A program made the translations under genes and the position numbers. From a virus: a stretch of DNA of 39,791 nucleotides. Shown here piece after piece: positions 32,408 through 39,395 of the stretch (position 1 is the stretch's first letter; the number at the start of each line of letters is the position of its first letter). Under the pieces are notes generated by a model, which worked only from the letters and a program-made list of their open reading frames with translations, had not been told where the DNA came from and ran no database searches. Location of the stretch: the IMG/VR virus record IMGVR_UViG_3300030049_000004, one strand, 5' to 3'.

Positions 32408-32623
32408 ATGACAAGACACAGAGGCACAGTAAAATGGTTTAACGAAAGCAAAGGATATGGATTTATCACTAACAATGACCGTGACTACTTCGTTCACATT
32501 AAAGCAATAAAAGACAAAGTTGTTCCTGTTCAAGGACAGCATGTAACATTCATCCCAAAACCTGGCACCAAAGGCGAGCAGGCGGGGGATGTTGAGGTGA
32601 TTGAGGCTGATGGCAATAGGTAG
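32408..32623 (+). CDS. Cold-shock domain protein (CspA family)
   Basis: GTVKWFNESKGYGFIT..DYFVHI.. carries the RNP1 (KGYGFI) and RNP2 (YFVHI) motifs; 71 aa; AGGA SD. Confidence 0.9.
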   Translation: MTRHRGTVKWFNESKGYGFITNNDRDYFVHIKAIKDKVVPVQGQHVTFIPKPGTKGEQAGDVEVIEADGNR

Positions 32624-32646
32624 TGGCGGGTTAAGTTTTGATTGGC

Positions 32647-32814
32647 TTAAATCGCGTTTAAATCGGTTTCGTTCTCGGCTTTGGTGATTTTGATATGCGC
32701 AGGCGCATCAATGGACATTTTAATTTGTGTCTCACTGATAGAAATTACTTTGATTTTAATTTCTGTACCATTGATAAAGATACGCTCATTTAGGCGTCTA
32801 GTTAAACTCAGCAT
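32647..32814 (-). CDS. csrA: CsrA/RsmA-family RNA-binding regulator homologue, 55 aa
   Basis: MLSLTRRLNERIFINGTEIKIKVISISETQIKMSIDAPAHIKITKAE.. aligns with CsrA [46 protein letters not shown]. AGGAG lies 5 nt upstream of ATG 32814. The ORF-track N-terminal extension to 32895 is rejected. Confidence 0.8.
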   Translation of the reverse strand: MLSLTRRLNERIFINGTEIKIKVISISETQIKMSIDAPAHIKITKAENETDLNAI

Positions 32815-32825
32815 GATTACTCCTG

Positions 32826-32990
32826 TTATAAAGTTAAATAAAGTTTTTTTTCTGATTGCCATTTCTTTTGCACTCGAGCAGTACAGGAGCGACAACAGGT
32901 AGTATATTTTTTATTTCCTTCACGAGTCATTTTATACATTCTATATTGATTAATTGGTTTTTCAATAAGGCATGTTGTGCATAAAATCAT
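32826..32990 (-). CDS. Stand-alone zinc-ribbon protein, 54 aa (MILCTTCLIEKPINQYRMYKMTREGNKKYTTCCRSCTARVQKKWQSEKKLYLTL)
   Basis: Hand-translated. ATGA overlap with the upstream stop. CxxC-x23-CxxC like the N-terminal modules of the two Endo VII genes. Contains an A8 run (32844-32851). Confidence 0.5.
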   Translation of the reverse strand: MILCTTCLIEKPINQYRMYKMTREGNKKYTTCCRSCTARVQKKWQSEKKLYLTL

Positions 32991-33289
32991 CTCCTCTTCC
33001 CTTTATATTTATGTGTATCACAATTATTATACTGATCACATTTAATGAACCAACGATACTCATGATGATGCGACTCAGCGCTGCAAGTTGTGGTGAACGT
33101 TTGCATCCATGGTGTCATCATGCCAGCGTAATGTTGATTATATCTAACCCATGTTTGTTTGGCGTATACTTCGCATTGTTCGGCTGTATCAGCTTTGTAT
33201 CGCATGTTCCATTGGTGCGCCTCTTTTGGTTGAGAGGGTGATTGCAAAAGGACGATTAACATCCATGCGCCTGATGTTGCTCCTAACAT
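32987..33289 (-). CDS. Hypothetical early protein, 100 aa
   Basis: AAGGA SD 6 nt upstream; co-directional with the early operon. Preferred over the overlapping plus-strand ORF 32972..33241. Confidence 0.5.
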   Translation of the reverse strand: MLGATSGAWMLIVLLQSPSQPKEAHQWNMRYKADTAEQCEVYAKQTWVRYNQHYAGMMTPWMQTFTTTCSAESHHHEYRWFIKCDQYNNCDTHKYKGKRR

Positions 33290-33303
33290 TTTTTATCCTT
33301 GTT

Positions 33304-33771
33304 TTAAATGTATCGTAATTTGGTTGCTATTGCGTCGGTTATTTCCTGGGCTAACATTTCTGGATAGACTTCTAGGTATTCACAGATCTCCATATTGATG
33401 TGCAAATGATTTTCTATCGTCTCCAGTATCGTGTCCTTTATGCTGAATCCATTGATGGTATAGTCCATATTGGTTAGGTTTGATGGTATCGTGCCGGTTG
33501 CTGCGTTTCCGGATAATGAGATAGATTTTGGCATGGAATAATGACACTCATCTTTAATCTCTCCTTGGCATTCTTCTCCGCATTTTAAACAGTCACGGGT
33601 ATTGTACTCATCATCCCAGCATATCCATTCATGATCACAATAGTTGTCGATTAGGGATTGGATTTTGTGTATCAAAGGATTAGGTTCAACCATGCATTCA
33701 ATGCCATAGATTCGATCCCATAGACTTGCCAATAGTTCTTTTAACTCTTCTTTCGTGAAGTCATTCATCAT
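33304..33771 (-). CDS. Hypothetical early protein (MNDFTKEE family), about 155 aa
   Basis: Start at ATGATG 33771/33768 after AAGGGGG. The N-terminus MMNDFTKEELKEL is paralogous to that of the next gene upstream. Contains CLKCGEEC. Confidence 0.5.
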   Translation of the reverse strand: MMNDFTKEELKELLASLWDRIYGIECMVEPNPLIHKIQSLIDNYCDHEWICWDDEYNTRDCLKCGEECQGEIKDECHYSMPKSISLSGNAATGTIPSNLTNMDYTINGFSIKDTILETIENHLHINMEICEYLEVYPEMLAQEITDAIATKLRYI

Positions 33772-33931
33772 CACCCCCTTCTGGGCAATACATTGGTTTG
33801 CCATAACTATCAAGTCTCGCTTTCAGTTTGTCTCTCAGTACATAAGACGAATCAGGTTCGTGATACTCCTCGATTGCCCAAGTAATCATTTGCCATAATG
33901 TATGAATTTCTTTTTTCGTGAAGTTATTCAT
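33761..33931 (-). CDS. Hypothetical early protein (MNNFTKKE family), 56 aa
   Basis: Internal Met chosen by paralogy (MNNFTKKEIHTLW versus MNDFTKEELKEL). The ORF-track start 33988 remains possible. Confidence 0.45.
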   Translation of the reverse strand: MNNFTKKEIHTLWQMITWAIEEYHEPDSSYVLRDKLKARLDSYGKPMYCPEGGDDE

Positions 33932-34010
33932 GATAACAACCAAAGCGTTACGCAAACGATTAAAGTACAAGCAATGACTGTTTTGCATATATTTTCTATG
34001 TCTTCACTAT

Positions 34011-34193
34011 TCATCTGTAAAACTCTCCGCAATGAATACATTTAAATCGTGGGGGATTGGTCAAATAACAATTTCCATCCGCATGATGTTCATGTGATTT
34101 TAGTTTAGAGAAATCATATTTATTTATGAAGTTCTCAAGACTTGTTATTCTTTGCTCCAAGCGCAAAAACATGTTGATAACATCAGATTTCAT
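34011..34193 (-). CDS. Hypothetical early zinc-ribbon protein, 60 aa (ends ..FKCIHCGEFYR)
   Basis: ATGA overlap with the upstream stop. The C-terminal motif is shared with 34190..34876. Confidence 0.5.
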   Translation of the reverse strand: MKSDVINMFLRLEQRITSLENFINKYDFSKLKSHEHHADGNCYLTNPPRFKCIHCGEFYR

Positions 34194-34876
34194 CTGTAGA
34201 ATTCTCCGCATTTAATGCACTTAAATTTATAACCATCATCTTCTTTTTTAAATTGATTCCAATCGGTTTCATGCTTGCATTCAATTTGTAATCCGCATTC
34301 TCCGCAATCACCATATTTACTCATTAATTCATGCTCACATTCTTCACGATTACCCAGCTTTGCGCCGGAGACGTTGCAGTATTCGCTATCTTCAAAGTTT
34401 GAACGCATAAATCCTATCCCATAATTTAGAGCGTCTTCCGATGCTTTTTTGTATGCCTCATTGAATGAGGTCTTCCATTCGCCGCTTAATATTTGTTCAT
34501 TCCTCAATTCTTGCCAATATTCAATCTGGGATTCGATTAATTGGGCTTTGGTGGGGTATATTTTTAATCCGCCTTCAGTGCATTCCTTGTATTGTTCAAG
34601 AGTAAATTGATGGTCTGAAATATCCATGTCACCATTAACGAACCATCCATGAATTAATTCCGGCTCTGGCTGGGTTAATTCTTTCAATCTAGCAACCAAG
34701 GCATCAACTGAATCAAAAGTATTGTGAGGCAACCTGTCACCAGACAAGATATACTCAATTGTTGGTTTATTATCGTATACATGATTAAAGTTGTAGCGTT
34801 CAATGCTGATTCTCGTATAACCAGCGGTTTTAGCCGTATATTGGTCTGCAAGCTCATAAGCCAATTCAATACTCAT
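34190..34876 (-). CDS. Hypothetical early protein, 228 aa (ends ..FKCIKCGEFYR)
   Basis: ATGA overlap at its start; acidic; C-terminal Cys clusters (CEHE..CGECGLQIEC..CIKCGEFYR). Confidence 0.55.
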   Translation of the reverse strand: MSIELAYELADQYTAKTAGYTRISIERYNFNHVYDNKPTIEYILSGDRLPHNTFDSVDALVARLKELTQPEPELIHGWFVNGDMDISDHQFTLEQYKECTEGGLKIYPTKAQLIESQIEYWQELRNEQILSGEWKTSFNEAYKKASEDALNYGIGFMRSNFEDSEYCNVSGAKLGNREECEHELMSKYGDCGECGLQIECKHETDWNQFKKEDDGYKFKCIKCGEFYR

Positions 34877-35073
34877 AACAATTTCTCCAAGTCAGATGCC
34901 ATTTGAACAATGCTGTCTGCAATTTCTTCAAGCGATAGGTTTGACTCATATATATCAAACGGGATGACGTCATCCCAGTCATTTAATAACGTTTCGATAA
35001 TCGTATCAAAATTCATATCTGGATTGTATTTTTGAAGATAATGATTGACCGCAAATTGCTGGTATTTATTCAT
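34873..35073 (-). CDS. Highly acidic early protein, 66 aa
   Basis: By hand count 13 Asp/Glu versus 3 Lys and no Arg. First gene after the internal consensus promoter; AACAGGAG SD. Confidence 0.55.
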   Translation of the reverse strand: MNKYQQFAVNHYLQKYNPDMNFDTIIETLLNDWDDVIPFDIYESNLSLEEIADSIVQMASDLEKLL

Positions 35074-35099
35074 TTAAAACTCCTGTTGGTTATGCCTGT

Positions 35100-35128
35100 A
35101 TTATATTACATCGTGCAATGAATTGCAA
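35100..35128 (-). promoter_or_regulatory. Consensus sigma70 early promoter (TTGCAA-17-TATAAT), internal copy
   Basis: Minus strand: TTGCAA (35128-35123), ttcattgcacgatgtaa, TATAAT (35105-35100). Lies in the 3' end of ORF 35101..35316. Confidence 0.65.
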
Positions 35129-35316
35129 TGCTTTAATGGAAATTCTGATTGTTTGTATAGACTGATCGCGTGAGCCAGGTTTGTTAATCCATATTCTAAG
35201 TCTTCAATTTCTTCGTAGTTTAATACGGTGGTTCTACCGTTTAAGGTGATGTAGGTTAACGGCTCTATATATTTTATGTTTAATTTGAAGTTTTTGGTTA
35301 GGTCGGTCAGGTTCAT
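35101..35316 (-). CDS. Hypothetical early protein, 71 aa
   Basis: ATGA overlap with the upstream gene. Its last about 10 codons coincide with the promoter. Confidence 0.5.
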   Translation of the reverse strand: MNLTDLTKNFKLNIKYIEPLTYITLNGRTTVLNYEEIEDLEYGLTNLAHAISLYKQSEFPLKHCNSLHDVI

Positions 35317-35513
35317 GATTGCTCCAGCTTCAATGGCTCGGGTTTCAATTCAATATTATTGTCTATTGCATAAGCGCTTAACGTATGAAAATTATCATAA
35401 CCATACCATCGTGATACTAGATGCAGGAGCTTGTTGTATGATGCTTTATCGTCATATTGTTCGAGTACGTTCTGCATCTTTCTTGCTATTGCTTTTACGT
35501 CTTGGATGGCCAT
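35313..35513 (-). CDS. Hypothetical early protein, 66 aa
   Basis: TAATG junction with the upstream small ORF; co-directional. Confidence 0.5.
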   Translation of the reverse strand: MAIQDVKAIARKMQNVLEQYDDKASYNKLLHLVSRWYGYDNFHTLSAYAIDNNIELKPEPLKLEQS

Positions 35514-35674
35514 TATTCTTCATTCCAGTCTGATATAGCTATTCGTCCATCTTTGCGTGCTTCTAGTTCGGTTGCAAAGTCATTGCCGCTTTCTGCTACT
35601 GAGTCGCCTACGTAGTTTTCTATTGACCATGCCCATAGGCCGTTGTATTCGGATACTTTTAGTTTGTAGTTCAC
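35513..35674 (-). CDS. Hypothetical first early protein, 53 aa (GTG start)
   Basis: Hand-translated (M)NYKLKVSEYNGLWAWSIENYVGDSVAESGNDFATELEARKDGRIAISDWNEE. AACAGGAG SD 6 nt upstream of GTG 35674. Confidence 0.4.
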   Translation of the reverse strand: MNYKLKVSEYNGLWAWSIENYVGDSVAESGNDFATELEARKDGRIAISDWNEE

Positions 35675-35707
35675 TTTTAACTCCTGTTATGTTGTTTTGA
35701 TGTGGTA

Positions 35708-35736
35708 ATTATATTGCACGGCGTAATGAATTGCAA
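35708..35736 (-). promoter_or_regulatory. Consensus sigma70 early promoter (TTGCAA-17-TATAAT), leftmost-operon start
   Basis: Minus strand: TTGCAA (35736-35731), ttcattacgccgtgcaa, TATAAT (35713-35708). About 34 nt upstream of GTG 35674. Confidence 0.65.
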
Positions 35737-35891
35737 GGGATTGATGAGGAATATGAGTTTTTTGTAGTGAATTGCTGTGGTAAAGATGTGTGCAGCACCT
35801 CTTTAGTCCTGTTGATTGCCTGTGGACAGGGGTTGTGATACCATCGTTCACAGTTACACACAGCTTTATCAACAGTTCTTGTGGATTAATA

Positions 35892-36008
35892 ATGTTTGAG
35901 TTCGAGCGATACGTGCATGATGTAAACAACAGAGAGCTGTTATCGGCTTATCTATATCGTGTTGCGTTGCGTATTGATGTATTGAAGGTGATTCATGGCA
36001 TTAGTTAG
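35892..36008 (+). CDS. Possible small leader ORF, 38 aa
   Basis: ATG 35892 with weak GTGGA upstream; overlaps the start of 35995..36258. Could equally be non-coding. Confidence 0.25.
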   Translation: MFEFERYVHDVNNRELLSAYLYRVALRIDVLKVIHGIS

Positions 36009-36258
36009 ATGTAACCGTTGCGTTGGTACGGGTGAGATTATGGGTGGTGGCATGATGATGCAGGATTGCGTTGCGTGTGATGGCAGTGGAAAGATTTCTG
36101 ATGATCCGGCTGTTGTTGATCCTGTTTCCGTAGTTAACCTTGATAGATGCAGTAAAACATATAAAGAAGCTATAAATGGGATCATGAATTTGCGTAGCTG
36201 CGATAAAGACGAGGCTGTGCGGGTTTTTGATGATGAATTTTCTAAGCTTGATGCGTGA
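35995..36258 (+). CDS. DnaJ-type CxxCxGxG zinc-finger protein
   Basis: CNRCVGTG and CVACDGSG motifs; AAGGTG SD; 87 aa. Confidence 0.6.
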   Translation: MALVRCNRCVGTGEIMGGGMMMQDCVACDGSGKISDDPAVVDPVSVVNLDRCSKTYKEAINGIMNLRSCDKDEAVRVFDDEFSKLDA

Positions 36259-37427
36259 TGAACCCTCCGAATTATAAGCAAATTTCAATCGATTTAATCA
36301 AAAATTACTCACAAAATTCACGAACACATTCTGATGATCAGGTGCAACAAGTAGTTAATTCGATCAGGGAATATGGCTTTACGAATCCTATTTTAATCGA
36401 TGAAAACAACGTTATTATTGCGGGTCATTGTCGCGTTGAGGCAGCCAAGCGTTTAGCGTTGACTCAGCTGCCTTGCGTTATATTAGCGCATTTATCCGAA
36501 ACACAAAAGCGCGCCTATGTTATTGCAGATAACAAGTTGGCGTTAAATGCTGGTTGGGACTTGGAAGTGTTACGTGCTGAGTTTGATTTATTACGTGATG
36601 ATGATTTTAATATTGAGCTGACGGGTTTTACGCTGGATGAATTGTGTGAATTATTGCCTGATGCGGAACCCGAGGTTCTTTGTGATGAGGATGATTGCCC
36701 CGATGTGCCTGATGAGCCTGTCACGAAGCTTGGTGATGTTTGGTTGTTGGGTGAGCATCGTTTGATGTGTGGTGATAGCACTAATATTGAGTCAGTTGAA
36801 AAACTCATGGAGAGTTTTAGTGCTCACATGGTATTTACTGATCCGCCATACGGTGTTAATTATCAATCCAATATGCGCACAAAAACAAAAAAATTCGATG
36901 TATTAGCGAATGATGATGTATTTTTAGATATCGCGCCTGTAATTGAATACCTATCAAAAGGCTGGGTATTTATTTGGACAAGCTGGAAAGTGCAAACCAA
37001 ATGGATTGATCAATTTAAATCATTTGGCTATCCATCTAATATGATAATTTGGCATAAACCGGGTGGCGGGATTGGTGATTTAAAAAAGACATTCTCAAGT
37101 GATTATGAGGTTGGGTTGGTTTGGCACCGTGATGCCGCGCTATGCGGTAAGCGCATTGGGTCGGTCTGGACAATCAATAAAGACGGCGCAATGACTTATG
37201 TCCACCCCACACAGAAGCCTGTTGCATTAGCTTCGGAAGCATTAGATAAGTGTACTAAAATTGGTGATTATATTCTTGACCTTTTCGGCGGCTCAGGCTC
37301 AACCCTAATCGCATGTGAAAAGCTAAAACGCAAATGCTTTATGATGGAGCTTGACCCAAAATATTGTGACGTTATAATTAAGCGATACGAACAATACACT
37401 GGCAAAAAAGCCGTTTTGGAGCAATGA
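36258..37427 (+). CDS. ParB-like nuclease domain fused to an N6A/N4C DNA methyltransferase
   Basis: N-terminus ..NSRTHSDDQVQQVVNSIREYGFTNPILIDENNVIIAGHCRVEAAKRL.. (ParB/Srx fold). DPPY motif (VFTDPPYGVNY) and AdoMet motif (LDLFGGSGSTLIA). ATG 36258 or GTG 36255. Confidence 0.85.
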   Translation: MNPPNYKQISIDLIKNYSQNSRTHSDDQVQQVVNSIREYGFTNPILIDENNVIIAGHCRVEAAKRLALTQLPCVILAHLSETQKRAYVIADNKLALNAGWDLEVLRAEFDLLRDDDFNIELTGFTLDELCELLPDAEPEVLCDEDDCPDVPDEPVTKLGDVWLLGEHRLMCGDSTNIESVEKLMESFSAHMVFTDPPYGVNYQSNMRTKTKKFDVLANDDVFLDIAPVIEYLSKGWVFIWTSWKVQTKWIDQFKSFGYPSNMIIWHKPGGGIGDLKKTFSSDYEVGLVWHRDAALCGKRIGSVWTINKDGAMTYVHPTQKPVALASEALDKCTKIGDYILDLFGGSGSTLIACEKLKRKCFMMELDPKYCDVIIKRYEQYTGKKAVLEQ

Positions 37428-37795
37428 TGGGATTACCCGGTGTAGCACATGTGCCAACAGACAAAACTAAAGCTGAGGTCGCTGCTCTATTAAGTTTCGG
37501 TAATACTCAAGCCGAAATATGCTCATATCTTGATATTACTGACAAAACATTCAATAAGCATTATGAGCATGAGATTCGTACTGCTGTAGTTCGCGCTAAT
37601 GCAGGTGTTGCACGTAAACTTTACAATAAAGCCATGGTTAATGATGATTTGCAAGCTCAGATATTTTGGCTTAAGACGCGAGCTCGGTGGCGCACTGCAG
37701 ATGTCCCTGAAGACAAGCAAGATGCATCTGACACCCTCAACAAAATACAAGCATTGGTTGCGGATTTAAATAAGACTAATGTAAGTGATATTTAA
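37424..37795 (+). CDS. Small terminase subunit candidate (HTH)
   Basis: 123 aa, immediately 5' of large terminase. N-terminal HTH-like ..AEVAALLSFGNTQAEICSYLDITDKTFNKHY.. Confidence 0.5.
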   Translation: MMGLPGVAHVPTDKTKAEVAALLSFGNTQAEICSYLDITDKTFNKHYEHEIRTAVVRANAGVARKLYNKAMVNDDLQAQIFWLKTRARWRTADVPEDKQDASDTLNKIQALVADLNKTNVSDI

Positions 37796-37862
37796 CAGTT
37801 TATGAGGTCGACTGTGGCACAGATCATAAATCCTGTAGTTAGCCCTAGCAGGTGCCTCACCA

Positions 37863-39395
37863 ATGAATGACCAAGAACACGCCCAACTAATCAGCGACCT
37901 ACAATCCTCATTCTTTCTATTCGTACGTACATTCTATCCAATACTTACCGGTCGTGACTTTATTATTAGCAACCCACACGGTCGTGAGTCACACATCATT
38001 ACAGTGAGCCGTGAGCTCGTTAAATGCGCCAATCTTGAGACATTGAAGCTTGTCATTAACATTCCACCGGGTCATGGTAAGTCAACTCTATTGGCGTTCT
38101 GGACGGCTTGGTGCTTGGCTAAGAATCCTGATAGCCGCTTTCTTTACATATCCTATTCACAAACCCTTGCGGCATCACATACGGATACGATTAGACGTAT
38201 ATTGATGATGCGGGAATTTAAGGAGTTATTTGGTGTCGAACTTAGACCAGATAGCAAAGCAAAAGACTATTTTCAAACAACTGCAGGCGGCGCTGTTGGA
38301 GCATTTGGTAGTGCTGGAGCGATTACTGGACGAGATGCTGGATTGCCAGGACTTGATAGATTCTCAGGTGCTCTCATTCTTGACGACCCACACAAACCTG
38401 ATGAAGTCTATAGTGATACGATTAGAGAAAAAGTTATACAAAATTATCGAGATACAATTCAACAGCGCGCACGTGGAATAAACGTCCCCTTCATTATGAT
38501 AGGCCAGCGCTTACACGAGGCAGACTTAGCAGCCTACTTACTAAACGGTGAAGATGGCCACGAATGGCGTCGCGTAATATTAAAATCAATTGACGAGGCA
38601 GGCAATGCGTTATATCCAGAAGCGTTTCCACTATCCATGTTACGTATTCGCCAGGAGAAAGATATCTATGTGTTTGCTTCGCAGCACCAACAAGACCCAC
38701 AGCCTGCGGGTGGCTCATTATTTAAAATGGACTGGTTTATTAAACTCGATTTTGAACCACCAATCACTGTTACATTTATTACAGCAGATACCGCAGAAAC
38801 CGACAAATCCTACAATGATGCAACGGTTTTTAGCTTCTGGGGCTTATATGAAATTGAAACGATGGGTAGAAAGACCGGAGAATACGGACTCCACTGGATA
38901 GATTGCCAAGAGTTACGAATAGAACCTAAGGATTTAAAAGAGGCCTTTATGGATTTCTACGGTGATTGCATGCGTCATAAAGTTCCCCCTAAAGTCGCAT
39001 TTATTGAACGTAAGTCTACTGGCGTAACACTAACCAGCGTATTATCAGATTTAAGGGGGCTTAGTGTGCGTGGAATAGAGCGTTCACGTGCCTCCGGTAG
39101 CAAGACGCAGCGTTTTCTAACTACTCAGCCATATGTTGCAGCTAGGCAGATATCATTTAACAACGATGCCAAGCATGCTAGTATGTGTATCAATCACATG
39201 TCTAAAATTACGGCAAATGATAGTCATCGTCACGACGATATTGCAGATACCCTTTGCGATGCTGTCAAAATCGCACTCATTGACAAGTCAATCCAACGCA
39301 ACATTACACAAAATGACACATTATCTGCTACTATTATGAGACCTCAACTTGAACGTCTACAAATAGAGAGCGATTTATATTATGGCGGACAATAA
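37863..39395 (+). CDS. terL: Large terminase subunit
   Basis: Walker A IPPGHGKST, Walker B ALILDDPH, C-terminal nuclease-type acidic motifs (ITADTAETDK.., ..HDDIADTLCDA). 510 aa. Its stop overlaps the portal ATG. Confidence 0.85.
   Translation: MNDQEHAQLISDLQSSFFLFVRTFYPILTGRDFIISNPHGRESHIITVSRELVKCANLETLKLVINIPPGHGKSTLLAFWTAWCLAKNPDSRFLYISYSQTLAASHTDTIRRILMMREFKELFGVELRPDSKAKDYFQTTAGGAVGAFGSAGAITGRDAGLPGLDRFSGALILDDPHKPDEVYSDTIREKVIQNYRDTIQQRARGINVPFIMIGQRLHEADLAAYLLNGEDGHEWRRVILKSIDEAGNALYPEAFPLSMLRIRQEKDIYVFASQHQQDPQPAGGSLFKMDWFIKLDFEPPITVTFITADTAETDKSYNDATVFSFWGLYEIETMGRKTGEYGLHWIDCQELRIEPKDLKEAFMDFYGDCMRHKVPPKVAFIERKSTGVTLTSVLSDLRGLSVRGIERSRASGSKTQRFLTTQPYVAARQISFNNDAKHASMCINHMSKITANDSHRHDDIADTLCDAVKIALIDKSIQRNITQNDTLSATIMRPQLERLQIESDLYYGGQ

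Noticed and set aside
32815-32895. N-terminal extension of the CsrA ORF as drawn in the ORF track (MSLLYCSSAKEMAIRKKTLFNFITGVI..)
   Set aside because: CsrA homology starts exactly at the internal MLSLTRR, which has its own AGGAG SD. The extension overlaps the better-supported zinc-ribbon ORF in another frame. It is kept only as the possible -1 frameshift product.
32972-33241. Plus-strand 89-aa ORF overlapping the minus-strand early gene 32987..33289
   Set aside because: Opposite to the operon direction with no SD and a hydrophobic, junk-like sequence. The minus-strand ORF has AAGGA 6 nt upstream and ATGA coupling downstream.
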